A stretch of 64,000 nt of DNA from an uncultured Flavobacteriaceae bacterium (lineage in GTDB: Bacteria; Bacteroidota; Bacteroidia; Flavobacteriales; Flavobacteriaceae), in the NCBI GenBank assembly GCA_905479835.1, contig CAJQNZ010000002.1, positions 482 through 64,481 on the forward strand, written 5' to 3'. Positions 22,274-33,796 of the stretch are shown here, in pieces (the first letter of the stretch is position 1; each line of letters starts with the position of its first letter). The translations under genes were made by a program, and so were the position numbers. The notes under the pieces were generated by a model. The model worked only from the letters and a program-made list of their open reading frames with translations, was not told the DNA's origin and made no database searches.

Positions 22274-22627
22274 ATGGCAATAATAATAACTGATGAATGT
22301 ATCAATTGTGGAGCATGTGAGCCGGAATGTCCAAACAATGCAATTTATGAAGGTGCTGAAGATTGGAAATATTCTGAAGGTACTGAACTGAATGGAAATG
22401 TGGTGTTGCCAAGTGGTAAGCAAGTCAATGCAGATGAACCTCAAGAGGCTGTAGACGATGAAGTTTATTTTATAGTTCCTGATAAATGTACTGAATGTAT
22501 GGGATTCCATGAAGAGCCTCAATGTGCCGCAGTATGTCCAGTAGATTGTTGTGTACCTGATGAAAATGTTGTGGAGACTGAAGAGGAGTTATTAGGAAAG
22601 AAAGCATTTATGCATAAAGAGGCTTAA
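22274..22627 (+). CDS. 2x[4Fe-4S] ferredoxin
   Basis: CINCGACEPECP and CTECMG....PQCAAVCP. Start moved to ATG 22274 (MAIII). Confidence 0.94.
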   Translation: MAIIITDECINCGACEPECPNNAIYEGAEDWKYSEGTELNGNVVLPSGKQVNADEPQEAVDDEVYFIVPDKCTECMGFHEEPQCAAVCPVDCCVPDENVVETEEELLGKKAFMHKEA

Positions 22628-22667
22628 ATATAATCTTACTTATGAATATTTATAATCCTAAACTATT

Positions 22668-23423
22668 TTATAGTTTGGGATTTTTTAATCGTGCTACGTA
22701 AACGTAGGTGTCAAATGCATAACTTTTTCTATCGATACACTCCAGTATTTCATAGTCATTTAATTCAAGTAATAATTTCCATTCATCTTTTGTAAAAGCT
22801 CTTACTGTTGAATCATCTTCTGCAATAAGAATTTTTTCTTGGTTTGTTTCTTTATAATAAGAAGCTTTCCAGTCAAACATGAAGTTATTAAGTTCTGTAT
22901 TTACTTTCATATGACTGCTTCTTAAATACTGTATTCCATTGTAATTGGCAATATGCTTGACGGCTTTTCCATTTTTAATAGTATTGAAAAATCGAGAAGC
23001 ATCTATAAAATCAAAAATTAATAAACCGTTTTCTGTAAGATTCTCTTTAATCGATTGCAATGCGCCATTAAGATCTTTATTTTCTAATAAATAGCTTGTA
23101 GTCCTTCCAGTAATTAATACGGCATCAATTTCTCTTCCTACTTTAAAATTTGCCATATTTCCTTGATAAAAATCACCTTTTGGATTTTTTTGATTGGCAA
23201 GTTTCACCATGTCTTCACTTAAGTCAAGTCCAGAATACTGTATATTTGATTCGATAAAATGTGCAGCAAGATTTCCAGTACCACAACCGATCTCTAGAAT
23301 AGATTTTTTAAAATAGGTATTCAATAGTGCAGAATAAAAATCATATTCATCTTGGTAGTTGATGAAACTTCTATACATCGCATCATAAATATGTTCGAAA
23401 CCATTAGAATAAAGACTTTGCAT
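22668..23423 (-). CDS. Class I SAM-dependent methyltransferase
   Basis: ILEIGCGTG and GLDLS. Confidence 0.9.
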   Translation of the reverse strand: MQSLYSNGFEHIYDAMYRSFINYQDEYDFYSALLNTYFKKSILEIGCGTGNLAAHFIESNIQYSGLDLSEDMVKLANQKNPKGDFYQGNMANFKVGREIDAVLITGRTTSYLLENKDLNGALQSIKENLTENGLLIFDFIDASRFFNTIKNGKAVKHIANYNGIQYLRSSHMKVNTELNNFMFDWKASYYKETNQEKILIAEDDSTVRAFTKDEWKLLLELNDYEILECIDRKSYAFDTYVYVARLKNPKL

Positions 23424-23424
23424 T

Positions 23425-24027
23425 TTATTCGTAGTATCTAATTATTGTTCCATTTGTCTTTCCGTGAACACTTCTAGCATATGCATTAATCACTTTTTTT
23501 GTAGGTACAGGATTGTGTCCAGGAAAATAATTTTTATACTTTTCATAAGCATCTTCTACCATTCCTAAAGAAACTACATTTATGCGGTGTCCATTTTGTA
23601 ATTCCAATGCAGCTGCTTGAGCAAAACTATGTATACCTCCATTTACCATCGCAGCACTTGTAGTTTTTACTACAGGATCATCTGCTAAAATACCAGTGGA
23701 TAATGTTATTGATCCATTGCTATTTAAATGATGTTGACCTATACGAACAAGATTAACCTGACCCATTAGTTTGCTTTTTAAACCTATATAGTAGTCTTCT
23801 TCAGTTAAATCGTTAAAAGGAGCCCATTTTGCTTCTCCAGCAATACATACGATTGCATCAACATTTCCGATTTTAGTAAATAATTCTTCAATGGATTTAC
23901 TGTCAGCGATATCAACATTGAAATCACCATTAGTTCTTCCTGCAATTATAACTTCGTTTTCATCTTTAAAGTAATTGCTAACTTTAGTTCCGATTGTGCC
24001 ATTTCCACCTATTATAAGAATCCTCAT
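23425..24027 (-). CDS. Short-chain dehydrogenase
   Basis: IIGGNGTIG Rossmann motif and SKLMGQVNLV. Confidence 0.9.
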   Translation of the reverse strand: MRILIIGGNGTIGTKVSNYFKDENEVIIAGRTNGDFNVDIADSKSIEELFTKIGNVDAIVCIAGEAKWAPFNDLTEEDYYIGLKSKLMGQVNLVRIGQHHLNSNGSITLSTGILADDPVVKTTSAAMVNGGIHSFAQAAALELQNGHRINVVSLGMVEDAYEKYKNYFPGHNPVPTKKVINAYARSVHGKTNGTIIRYYE

Positions 24028-24055
24028 ATTGTATTTATATTTAGATTATAAATAT

Positions 24056-24084
24056 AAAAAAAGCTGCCCAAAATGGGCAGCTTT
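24056..24084 (-). terminator. Intrinsic terminator of the TBDR gene
   Basis: AAAAAAAGCTGCCCA-AAA-TGGGCAGCTTTT. Confidence 0.85.
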
Positions 24085-24106
24085 TAAATAAAATAAAACG
24101 TTCTAC

Positions 24107-26935
24107 TTAAAACTGGTAGTTAAGAGATAAGTTAAACATTGTTCCTAATTGACTGAAATGGTAACCATCATAAGTCATTTGAGAATAACGTTGGTTAAAC
24201 GTAATTAAGTTAGATTGGTTCTGAACAGCAGCAGCATCTGATAATAAAGCAGTTCCAGCAGCATTTTCAGCTTTAAATTCCCATTCTGGTAATACGTTCA
24301 ATAAGTTATTTACATTCAATGAAAGAGTTAACTTTTCAGAAGCATTGAAGTTCACTCCTAAATCAGTAACGATTTTTGGTGTGAATTCTGTTCTTAAGTC
24401 ATTACTCATTCCTTGTTGCTTGAATGTAGTTTTACCGAAATATGTATTATTTAAGTTAAAACCAAACTTCCCAATATCATAGTTAGCTCCTAAGATCCAT
24501 TTTGTTTCTGGTCTAGATGTAAAGAATAAAGCCTCTTGAGTAGCATTCACAACAGATTGTCCTGAATTTGCTACCAATGGAATATCTTTTACAGCACCAT
24601 CTCTCTCATTAGTGATAGTATAGTTACCAGATAAGTTTAAGTCTAATTTACCTTCACCTATTGCCATGTTTCTTTTACTAATTACAACATCAATACCTGA
24701 AGTTTTAGTATCTAAAGCATTTGAAAAGAAACTTACATCACTTAAGTTATTGTCAGTTAATAGAATATCCAATGGATTAGAAGCATCTCCACTCGCACCA
24801 ATTTCAGATCCTAAAACAATTCTGTCTTGTACAGTAATGTTATAATAATCAATAGTAAAAGCTATACCATTATCAAGTTTTCCACCAAGACCAACAGTAA
24901 AGTTGTTCGAAGTTTCAGCATCCAATTCAGGAATACCTAATAATTTTGCTTGCGTAGATACATTATTGATTAACCCACCAACTTGAATACCTTGTCCTGG
25001 AACAAAACTATATTGTGCTTTTTGAGTATAAATCTGATGTAATGTAGGTGCTCTAAATCCTGAAGATACAGAAGCTCTAGCAGTAATATTATCATTTAAT
25101 TTTAAACGAGAACTTAATTTATATACGAATGTGTTACCGAAATCAGAATAGTTTTCACTTCTTACAGTACCACTTACTAAAAATGCATCACTTACATCAT
25201 AATCTAATGAGAAGTATCCACCAATATTATATCTGTTGAATTTACCAGAGTTTGCAGGACTATTTCCAGCAAATGAATCGGCACCTCCACCATCGTAAGA
25301 ATCTAATGTTCCTTCAATAACTTCAAATACTTCATTTCTAAACTCAGCACCAAATCCAACACTCACTTTATCAGATAATACTCTATTGATATCAATATTT
25401 CCTACATTGTGCGTGAATTTTGTTCCTCCTGGATCAAAAGACTGTGCACTATTTTCTCTATACAATTGAGAACCTTCAGTAATTTCAACACCTTCTCCTG
25501 GCTCAATAGTTAAATCACCATTTGCATCAAATTCAGTAGTGTTAACTTGACCATCACCATTTAAATCAACCCAAGTAGATGGAGAATAAACAGTATTTCT
25601 ATTGTGAGAATCATTTACTTTATACGTCTGAGTGTTTCCACCAGTTGTATAACTTAAATCTACATTCCAGTCATTTATAGTAGTCTTAATTCCTACAGTT
25701 CCATTATAATCATTTAATAAACCTTCAAATGTAGGTACATAACCATCATAACCTCCTGCATTGTTAGGATTGTTTCCAGGGAAAAAATCAGCTAAGTAAG
25801 GAAAAGACTCTACAGTTCTCCAATATGGAGTTCTATAGTTTGCAAAACTGTTTACTTTTTTATAAACATAAGCAGTATTGAAATACAATTCAGTTGAATC
25901 GCTTAAATCAAATCCTCCATTTATTAAAAATTTAGAAGCAGCTGTTTCCGGAGAACCATTGATGTTATTAGCATCTGGATTACGTGATAAGAATTCTTGT
26001 ACATCAGCGATATCAGCGCCAAAATCACCAGCTTCACCAGCAGCATTCACTGTTCCTGGTCTGTTCGCAAGATTTACTTTAGACATATCTATTGTATAAT
26101 TGATAAAACCTTTATCATCTCCAATAGTAGATCCATTGTTTACAGAAACTCCAAATGATTCACCATCACCTTCAGAAGTCATACCTGTTCTTACCGTTAC
26201 AGAACCGTCATTAGCATTGTTTTTAAGTATAATATTCATTACACCAGCAATTGCATCAGATCCATATTGAGCAGATGCACCATCACGTAATATTTCAACA
26301 CGCTTAATTGCATCAGTAGGTATAGCAGAAATATCTGCCCCTGTTTCTCCACGTCCAGGAGAAGTTTGAGTATATAATAAAGCACTTAAGTTTTTACGCT
26401 TACCGTTTATTAATATCAAAGTTCTACTTGGTCCCATGTTTCTGATTTCGTAAGGATCCAATAAAGAAGTTGCATCATTTACAGGAGTTTGTACCGTATT
26501 AAACGATGGTATTCTGTATTGCAATGCTTTGTCAAAAGTTGTCTGACCTGTAGATGTTAATTCTTTAACACTTACAACATCGACTGGTAATGGAGTGTCA
26601 ACGTTACTTCTTGGTGCTGTACGAGAACCTACAAGTACAACTTCGTCTAATTCTTGTCCATCACTTAAAGTGACATTAATTTCAGAGCGTCCATTGACAG
26701 CCTCTTCTTTTGTTGAATATCCAACAAAACTAAATACAAGAGTTCCTGTACTACTTGCATTCAATGAGTAATTTCCGTCAAAATCTGACGTTGTTCCTGT
26801 TGTTGTTCCTTTTTCAACAACATTAACTCCTGGAATACCATTTCCAGATTGATCAAGAACTTTTCCTGATACTCCCTGACCAAATGCAATTGTTGCACTG
26901 AAAAGGAAGGCCATAATTAAAGTAATTTTCTTCAT
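24107..26935 (-). CDS. TonB-dependent receptor with N-terminal carboxypeptidase-regulatory-like domain
   Basis: GV.V..KGT..GT.SD.DG.Y, plug motif RDGASAQYGSDAIAGV.N, and C-terminal YQF. Start moved to ATG 26935 (MKKITL). Confidence 0.92.
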   Translation of the reverse strand: MKKITLIMAFLFSATIAFGQGVSGKVLDQSGNGIPGVNVVEKGTTTGTTSDFDGNYSLNASSTGTLVFSFVGYSTKEEAVNGRSEINVTLSDGQELDEVVLVGSRTAPRSNVDTPLPVDVVSVKELTSTGQTTFDKALQYRIPSFNTVQTPVNDATSLLDPYEIRNMGPSRTLILINGKRKNLSALLYTQTSPGRGETGADISAIPTDAIKRVEILRDGASAQYGSDAIAGVMNIILKNNANDGSVTVRTGMTSEGDGESFGVSVNNGSTIGDDKGFINYTIDMSKVNLANRPGTVNAAGEAGDFGADIADVQEFLSRNPDANNINGSPETAASKFLINGGFDLSDSTELYFNTAYVYKKVNSFANYRTPYWRTVESFPYLADFFPGNNPNNAGGYDGYVPTFEGLLNDYNGTVGIKTTINDWNVDLSYTTGGNTQTYKVNDSHNRNTVYSPSTWVDLNGDGQVNTTEFDANGDLTIEPGEGVEITEGSQLYRENSAQSFDPGGTKFTHNVGNIDINRVLSDKVSVGFGAEFRNEVFEVIEGTLDSYDGGGADSFAGNSPANSGKFNRYNIGGYFSLDYDVSDAFLVSGTVRSENYSDFGNTFVYKLSSRLKLNDNITARASVSSGFRAPTLHQIYTQKAQYSFVPGQGIQVGGLINNVSTQAKLLGIPELDAETSNNFTVGLGGKLDNGIAFTIDYYNITVQDRIVLGSEIGASGDASNPLDILLTDNNLSDVSFFSNALDTKTSGIDVVISKRNMAIGEGKLDLNLSGNYTITNERDGAVKDIPLVANSGQSVVNATQEALFFTSRPETKWILGANYDIGKFGFNLNNTYFGKTTFKQQGMSNDLRTEFTPKIVTDLGVNFNASEKLTLSLNVNNLLNVLPEWEFKAENAAGTALLSDAAAVQNQSNLITFNQRYSQMTYDGYHFSQLGTMFNLSLNYQF

Positions 26936-27153
26936 TTTATTATATAAATTGATTAGTAACCACAAATATGATAAAATTTATTTAATAATGGCTACATATT
27001 TATAATAGATTCATGTTAAATTGCAATAAAACACTTATTTTTCATTAGATATACCTGTTTTGTTTTAATTATTCTCAAGTTTAATTCAAAAAGTGTATAT
27101 TATTAGTTATTTTTTTGGGTAAAAATATTTATTATTTATTTTAAATTATTATT

Positions 27154-27846
27154 TCAAATACTTGAGTTTCTTAATTTTTTAAATAATAATTTCATTCCAT
27201 TGGTTGCTGTATCTTGGATAATCTCAATGTTGAGAAAATGACGTTTATTAATATTGGGTTTTGGATCAATGAAATAAATGGGAGTACCCTTTTCACAATG
27301 ATAAATTAAATTTGCTGCTGGATATACTTACATAGAAGTACCAATAATGATAAGTAGATCTGCTTTTTGGGTTATTTCTTCTGCTAAACTTAAATTAGGA
27401 ACGGCTTCACCAAACCATACAATATGAGGCCGTAGTTGACTTTTTAATTTGCAATTATCACCCAGTTTTAAATCATGGCTCCAATTATATATTAATGAAT
27501 CATCGATAGTACTTCTTACTTTTCGAAGTTCGCCATGGAGATGTATCACATTTTCACTTCCTGCACGTTCATGTAAATCATCAACATTTTGTGTGATAAT
27601 AGTAACTTGATATTTTTCTTGAAGTTGTGCGAGTAACTTATGAGCAGAATTTGGATTTACAGATAAGAGTTGTTTTCTCCTCTGGTTGTAAAAATCAAGT
27701 ACCAATTCAGGGTTTCGTCTCCATGCTTCTGGAGTTGCAACATCATATATATCATGTCCTTCCCATAGTCCATCAGCATCTCTAAAAGTTTTAATTCCAG
27801 ATTCAGCACTTATTCCAGCACCTGTTAATACAACAATTTTTTTCAT
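27154..27846 (-). pseudogene. cobB: NAD-dependent deacylase (sirtuin) interrupted by an in-frame TAA
   Basis: GAGISAESG, TQNVDDLHERAG and RPHIVWFGE. After GTSM the TAA at 27330-27328 is followed in frame by VYPAANLI...IDP... up to TGA at 27156-27154. Confidence 0.85.
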
Positions 27847-27931
27847 TTATTTATTACTAAAATTTTCCATTCTAAATATAGAATTAAATTTAAAACGAAA
27901 TACTATATTTGCATCACTTAAATTTAAAATA

Positions 27932-29026
27932 ATGAAAGCAGGAATTGTAGGATTGCCAAATGTTGGAAAATCAACTTTATTTAATTGTCTGTCAAATGCA
28001 AAAGCACAAAGTGCAAACTTCCCATTTTGTACCATCGAGCCTAATATAGGTGTCGTAAATGTACCAGACTCAAGATTGCAAAAACTAGAAGAATTGGTAA
28101 ATCCTGAAAAGGTAATACCTGCTACAGTTGAGATTGTTGATATTGCAGGATTGGTAAAAGGAGCAAGTAAAGGCGAAGGTCTTGGGAATAAGTTTTTAGG
28201 AAATATCCGTGAGACAGATGCAATTATCCATGTTTTGCGTTGTTTTGACAATGATAATATTATTCATGTTGATACAACTATTGATCCGATCCGTGATAAA
28301 GAAACGATAGATGTTGAATTGCAATTGAAAGATTTAGAATCTGTAGAAAAAAAACTAGAGAAAGTAAAAAAAGCAGCAAGAACGGGAAATAAAGAAGCGC
28401 AAAAAGAATTTGATGTTTTAACTAAAGTTATCAATGGATTGGAAGAATTTAATTCCGTAAGAGCCATTGAATTGACCAAGGATGAGCGTGAAGAGTTTAT
28501 AAAGCCACTACAACTATTGACAGATAAACCTATTTTATACGTATGTAATGTAGATGAAGGTTCTGCAGTGAATGGAAATGGGTATGTTGATCGTGTAAAA
28601 GAAGTTGTTAAAAATGAAAATGCTGAGGTAATTATTTTAGCAGTAGGAACAGAGGCTGACATTACAGAATTGGAAGAATACGAGGAACGTCAAATGTTCC
28701 TTGAAGATCTAGGTCTTGAAGAAGCAGGTGCTTCTAAATTGATACGTGCAGCATATAAACTATTAAATTTGCAGACCTATTTTACGGCAGGAGTTAAAGA
28801 AGTTCGTGCTTGGACTATTAATGTAGGAGACACTGCACCACAGGCTGCTGGAGTGATTCATACTGACTTTGAAAAAGGATTTATCCGTGCTGAAGTTATT
28901 AAGTATGAGGATTTTGTGAATTTAGGAAGTGAAGTAAAAGTAAAAGAAGCAGGAAAATTAGGTGTCGAAGGTAAAGAGTACATCGTACAAGATGGAGATA
29001 TGATGAATTTCCGTTTTAATGTTTAG
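27932..29026 (+). CDS. ychF: Redox-regulated ATPase YchF
   Basis: GLPNVGKST, ANFPFCTIEPN, DIAGLV.GAS.GEGLGN and a TGS domain. Confidence 0.98.
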   Translation: MKAGIVGLPNVGKSTLFNCLSNAKAQSANFPFCTIEPNIGVVNVPDSRLQKLEELVNPEKVIPATVEIVDIAGLVKGASKGEGLGNKFLGNIRETDAIIHVLRCFDNDNIIHVDTTIDPIRDKETIDVELQLKDLESVEKKLEKVKKAARTGNKEAQKEFDVLTKVINGLEEFNSVRAIELTKDEREEFIKPLQLLTDKPILYVCNVDEGSAVNGNGYVDRVKEVVKNENAEVIILAVGTEADITELEEYEERQMFLEDLGLEEAGASKLIRAAYKLLNLQTYFTAGVKEVRAWTINVGDTAPQAAGVIHTDFEKGFIRAEVIKYEDFVNLGSEVKVKEAGKLGVEGKEYIVQDGDMMNFRFNV

Positions 29027-29050
29027 GTTAAGGAATAATTATTATTTTAT

Positions 29051-29090
29051 AAAAAAAAAGTCGACTTCTATTATTGAAGTCGACTTTTTT
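29051..29090 (+). terminator. Intrinsic terminator
   Basis: AAAAAGTCGACTTC...GAAGTCGACTTTTTT. Confidence 0.85.
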
Positions 29091-29184
29091 CGTTTAATTA
29101 CTTGTTGATAACTAATTATCGTGACCATTTCATTTTTTAAGGCTAAATAGTATTTTAGCAACTCTCATAATTTTTAACCTTTTC

Positions 29185-31044
29185 ATGTCTCAAGAAACTA
29201 AATATACCGAAGATAATATACGCTCGCTCGATTGGAAGGAACATATCCGTATGCGTCCTGGAATGTATATAGGTAAATTGGGTGACGGCTCTTCTCCTGA
29301 TGATGGTATTTATATATTAATAAAAGAAGTGTTGGACAATTCGATTGATGAGTTTGTCATGAATGCTGGAAAGACTATTGAGATTTCTGTCAAAGAAACT
29401 TCTGTTACGATTCGAGATTACGGTCGTGGAATTCCATTAGGAAAAGTGGTTGATGTAGTTTCAAAAATGAATACTGGAGGTAAGTATGATTCAAAAGCTT
29501 TTAAAAAATCGGTAGGATTGAATGGAGTCGGTACAAAAGCAGTAAATGCTCTTTCTTCTTATTTTAAAGTTCAATCGGTAAGAGATAATAAAACAACATT
29601 TGCCGAATTTGAAAGAGGAAATCTGACTAATTCACCTGAGATTGAGGATTCATCCTTAAGAAAAGGAACTAAAGTTACTTTCAGTCCCGATCCAGAAATA
29701 TTTCTTAAGTATAAATTCCGTAGTGAATACATTGTTAAAATGATTAAAAACTATGTGTATTTAAACATTGGATTGACAATTATTTATAATGGCGAAAAGT
29801 ATTTTTCTGAAAATGGCTTAAAGGATTTATTGGAAGAAAATATTGCTAATGAATCTAAATTATTTCCAATTATTCACTTGATGGATGAGGATATTGAAGT
29901 TGCATTAACTTATAGTAAGGCTCAGTACAGCGAGGAGTATCATTCATTTGTCAATGGACAACATACAACTCAAGGAGGAACCCATCAGAATGCGTTTCGT
30001 GAGGCTATAGTAAAAACGGTGCGTGACTATTTTGGTAAAAATTATGATGCATCTGATGTTCGTAAATCTATCGTTTCAGCAATCAGTATAAAAGTAATGG
30101 AGCCTGTTTTTGAAAGTCAGACCAAAACAAAATTGGGTTCGACAGAAATGGGTGGAGGATTACCAACTGTAAGAACATTTATTAGTGATTTCTTAAAAAC
30201 AAGATTGGATAATTTTTTGCATAGGAATCCAGATGTAGCAGAGAAAATCCAAAAGAAAATTTTGCAAGCAGAGAAAGAACGTAAAGAACTTTCTGGAATT
30301 CGAAAACTTGCTAGAGATAGAGCGAAAAAAGCAAGTCTGCACAACAAGAAATTACGCGATTGCAGAGTGCATCTTGGTGATATGAAAAAGGACAATCGAT
30401 TGGATACAACGCTGTTCATTACAGAGGGAGATTCTGCGAGTGGATCTATTACTAAGTCTAGGAATGTGAATACTCAAGCGGTTTTTAGTCTAAAAGGAAA
30501 ACCATTGAATTCTTATGGATTGTCCAAGAAGATTGTATATGAAAACGAAGAATTCAATCTATTGCAATCTGCATTAAATATTGAAGACGGAATTGAAAAT
30601 TTGCGTTATAATAATATAGTCATTGCTACGGATGCTGATGTTGATGGTATGCACATTCGATTGTTATTGATTACCTTCTTTTTACAATTTTTCCCAGAGT
30701 TAATTAAAGAAGGGCATTTATATATATTGGAAACTCCTTTATTCAGAGTTCGTGATAAAAAACAAACGTTCTATTGCTACTCTGAACAAGAAAGAAAGGA
30801 TGCAATTAAGAGTTTGCGTGGAAAACCAGAAATCACACGATTTAAAGGATTGGGTGAGATTTCACCGAATGAATTTGTGCATTTTATAGGAAAAGACATA
30901 AGACTAGATCCTGTGATGCTGGATAAAGAAATGTCCATTGAAGAAATGCTTGCTTTCTATATGGGAAAAAATACTCCTGACAGACAGAAATTTATTATTG
31001 AAAATCTTAAAGTTGAACTTGATTTAGCGGAAGAATTAGAATGA
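29185..31044 (+). CDS. parE: DNA topoisomerase IV subunit B
   Basis: [24 protein letters not shown] and DADVDG; the short Bacteroidota type. Confidence 0.95.
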   Translation: MSQETKYTEDNIRSLDWKEHIRMRPGMYIGKLGDGSSPDDGIYILIKEVLDNSIDEFVMNAGKTIEISVKETSVTIRDYGRGIPLGKVVDVVSKMNTGGKYDSKAFKKSVGLNGVGTKAVNALSSYFKVQSVRDNKTTFAEFERGNLTNSPEIEDSSLRKGTKVTFSPDPEIFLKYKFRSEYIVKMIKNYVYLNIGLTIIYNGEKYFSENGLKDLLEENIANESKLFPIIHLMDEDIEVALTYSKAQYSEEYHSFVNGQHTTQGGTHQNAFREAIVKTVRDYFGKNYDASDVRKSIVSAISIKVMEPVFESQTKTKLGSTEMGGGLPTVRTFISDFLKTRLDNFLHRNPDVAEKIQKKILQAEKERKELSGIRKLARDRAKKASLHNKKLRDCRVHLGDMKKDNRLDTTLFITEGDSASGSITKSRNVNTQAVFSLKGKPLNSYGLSKKIVYENEEFNLLQSALNIEDGIENLRYNNIVIATDADVDGMHIRLLLITFFLQFFPELIKEGHLYILETPLFRVRDKKQTFYCYSEQERKDAIKSLRGKPEITRFKGLGEISPNEFVHFIGKDIRLDPVMLDKEMSIEEMLAFYMGKNTPDRQKFIIENLKVELDLAEELE

Positions 31045-33745
31045 GTGAAGAAATAAAAGATAGCGAATACGAAGAAGAATTAAACTCTTCAGATAATATT
31101 GAAACAACTGAAACCATTACCAAAGTTACAGGAATGTACAAGGAATGGTTTCTGGATTATGCTTCCTATGTAATTCTTGAGCGTGCAGTTCCAGCCATTG
31201 ATGATGGTTTTAAACCAGTTCAGCGTAGAATAATGCATTCTATGAAGGATCTAGATGATGGTCGTTATAATAAGGTGGCCAATATTGTAGGGCATACAAT
31301 GCAGTACCATCCTCATGGTGATGCAAGTATAGGAGATGCGATGGTACAACTAGGACAGAAAGAACTGCTGATTGATATGCAGGGAAATTGGGGAAATACC
31401 TTGACTGGAGATAGAGCTGCAGCACCAAGATATATTGAAGCGAGATTATCAAAGTTTGCCCTTGAAGTAGTATTTAATCCAAAAACTACAGAGTGGAAAA
31501 TGTCCTATGATGGTCGTCGGAAAGAACCTGTTGATTTACCAGTAAAATTCCCACTTTTATTGGCACAAGGAGCAGAAGGAATTGCCGTAGGTCTTTCTAC
31601 CAAAGTGTTACCTCATAATTTCAACGAGCTAATAGACGCTTCTATAAAAATATTAAAAGGAAGAAGTTTTAAAATTGTACCAGATTTTTTAAATGGAGGG
31701 ATTGTAGATGTTTCCAATTATAATGATGGAAAACGTGGAGGTAAAGTGCGTGTTCGCGCTAAGATTTCTCAATACGAAAGAAAACTTTAGTTATTACCGA
31801 GATTCCTTTTGGAACAACAACAACTTCATTAATTGATTCGATCCTTAAGGCCAATGATAAAGGCAAAATAAAAATCAAGAAAATTGAAGACAATACTGCA
31901 GCCAATGTAGAAATATTGGTGCATCTTCCTTCAGGTATTTCTCCTGATAAAACGATTGATGCATTGTATGCTTTTACCAATTGTGAAAGCTCTATTTCAC
32001 CATTAGGGTGTATTATTGAAGATCATAAACCGATTTTTATTGGGGTTTCTGAAATGCTGAAACATTCTACTCAACATACAGTAGATTTATTAAAACAAGA
32101 ATTGGAAATTCAGTTGGATGAACTGGAAGAACAATGGCATTTTGCTTCATTGGAAAGAATTTTTATTGAAAATAGAATTTACCGCGATATTGAAGAAGTT
32201 GCTACTTGGAAAGGAGTTATCAAGGCTATTGATGATGGATTAAAGCCTTTTGTCAAAAACTTAAAGCGTGAAGTTACAGAAGAAGATATTGTTCGTTTAA
32301 CAGAAATTAGAATAAAAAAGATTTCAAAATTCGATATTGATAAGGCAAAACAACACATAGAATCATTAGAAGAAAAAATTGCAGCTGTAAAAAATAATTT
32401 GAATAATTTAATTGAATATGCAATTGATTATTTTAAAAATTTAAAAACTAAATACGGTAAAGGGAAAGAACGTAAAACAGAGATAAGAGCATTTGAAGAT
32501 ATTGTAGCAAGTAAAGTTGTGATTCGGAATACCAAACTCTATGTTAATAGAGAAGAGGGATTCGTAGGAACCTCTTTACGTAAAGATGAATATGTGACTG
32601 ATTGTTCTGATATTGACAACATCATTGTTTTCCGTAAAGATGGTAAAATGATGGTTACCAAAGTTGATTCAAAAACATTTGTTGGAAAAGATATTATTCA
32701 TGTTGCAGTATTTAAGAAAAGTGATAAACGCACGGTTTATAATATGATATATCGTGATGGTAAAAAGGGATCATCATTAATGAAACGCTTTAACGTTACT
32801 GGTGTTTCTAGAGATAAAGAATATGATTTAACTGCAGGGAATAAAGATTCTATTGTACATTACTTTACTGCTAATCCTAATGGTGAAGCAGAGATAGTAA
32901 CAGTTAATTTACGTGCTATTGCCGGAATTAAAAAATTGAAATGGGATCTAGATTTTTCTGAATTAATAATTAAAGGAAGAGGAACTAAAGGGAATCGATT
33001 GACAAAGTACAATGTTAAAAAAATAGAATTAAAAGAAAAAGGGATCTCTACTTTAAAACCACGTAAAATATGGTTTGATGATACTGTACAAAGATTGAAT
33101 GTTGATGAAAGAGGAGATTTACTAGGTGAATTTACGGCTAAAGATAGATTGCTGATTATCAGTCAAAAAGGAGTTTTAAAAACCATTGCTCCTGAATTGT
33201 CAACGCATTTTGATGATGATATGATTGTGCTAGAAAAATGGATTCCCAACAAGCCGATTTCTGCAATTTATTATGACGGAGAAAAAGAACGTACGTATAT
33301 AAAACGTTTTATGATTGATAATCCTAACAAAGAAGAAATTTTCATTTCTGAACATCCCAAATCTCAATTGGAATTGGTTTCAACAGATTACCGTCCAATG
33401 TCAGAAATTGTGTTTTCTAAACGAAGCCTTGAAAACATGGAAGTGAATCTTGAAGAATTTATTTCTATAAAAGGGATAAAGTCTTTAGGAAATCAATTAA
33501 CTTCTGAAAAAGTGAAACAAGTGAATCATTTGGACTCTTTACCTTATGAAGAACCAGAAATTGATGAAGTAGAAGTAATTGAAGAAGAAGTTGTGGAAGA
33601 TGCACTTCCATTACAAATTCCAACGATTGAAAAATCTTCAACTATTGAGTTTAAAAATAAAAAAGATACAGCAAGAAAAGCACTTGAGGAAGCTATAAAA
33701 AAGAAAAAATCTGACGATACAGATAATCAAACAACTTTATTCTAA
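31041..33745 (+). CDS. parC: DNA topoisomerase IV subunit A, split by a 1-nt frameshift near 31777
   Basis: [15 protein letters not shown] and AAPRY in the first ORF. After ...KISQY the -1 frame reads [15 protein letters not shown]... without stops into ORF 31916-33745. Total length 2705 nt is one short of a multiple of 3. Confidence 0.9.
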
Positions 33746-33796
33746 TATAAAAAGTAATGTTTTCGGTATTGAGTGGAGTAGAATTTTAAAGACTAG

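Noticed and set aside
26966-27153. Very AT-rich stretch considered as an origin or hidden ORF
   Set aside because: I saw no DnaA-box cluster or credible ORF; it is consistent with the TBDR promoter region.
27328-27330. Stop-codon reassignment or readthrough
   Set aside because: TAA ends most genes in the window at the expected positions; this is a single isolated case.
27154-27846. Sirtuin as an anti-phage (Thoeris/DSR-type) SIR2 effector
   Set aside because: It has the size and motifs of a housekeeping CobB deacylase, and no defence partners are adjacent.
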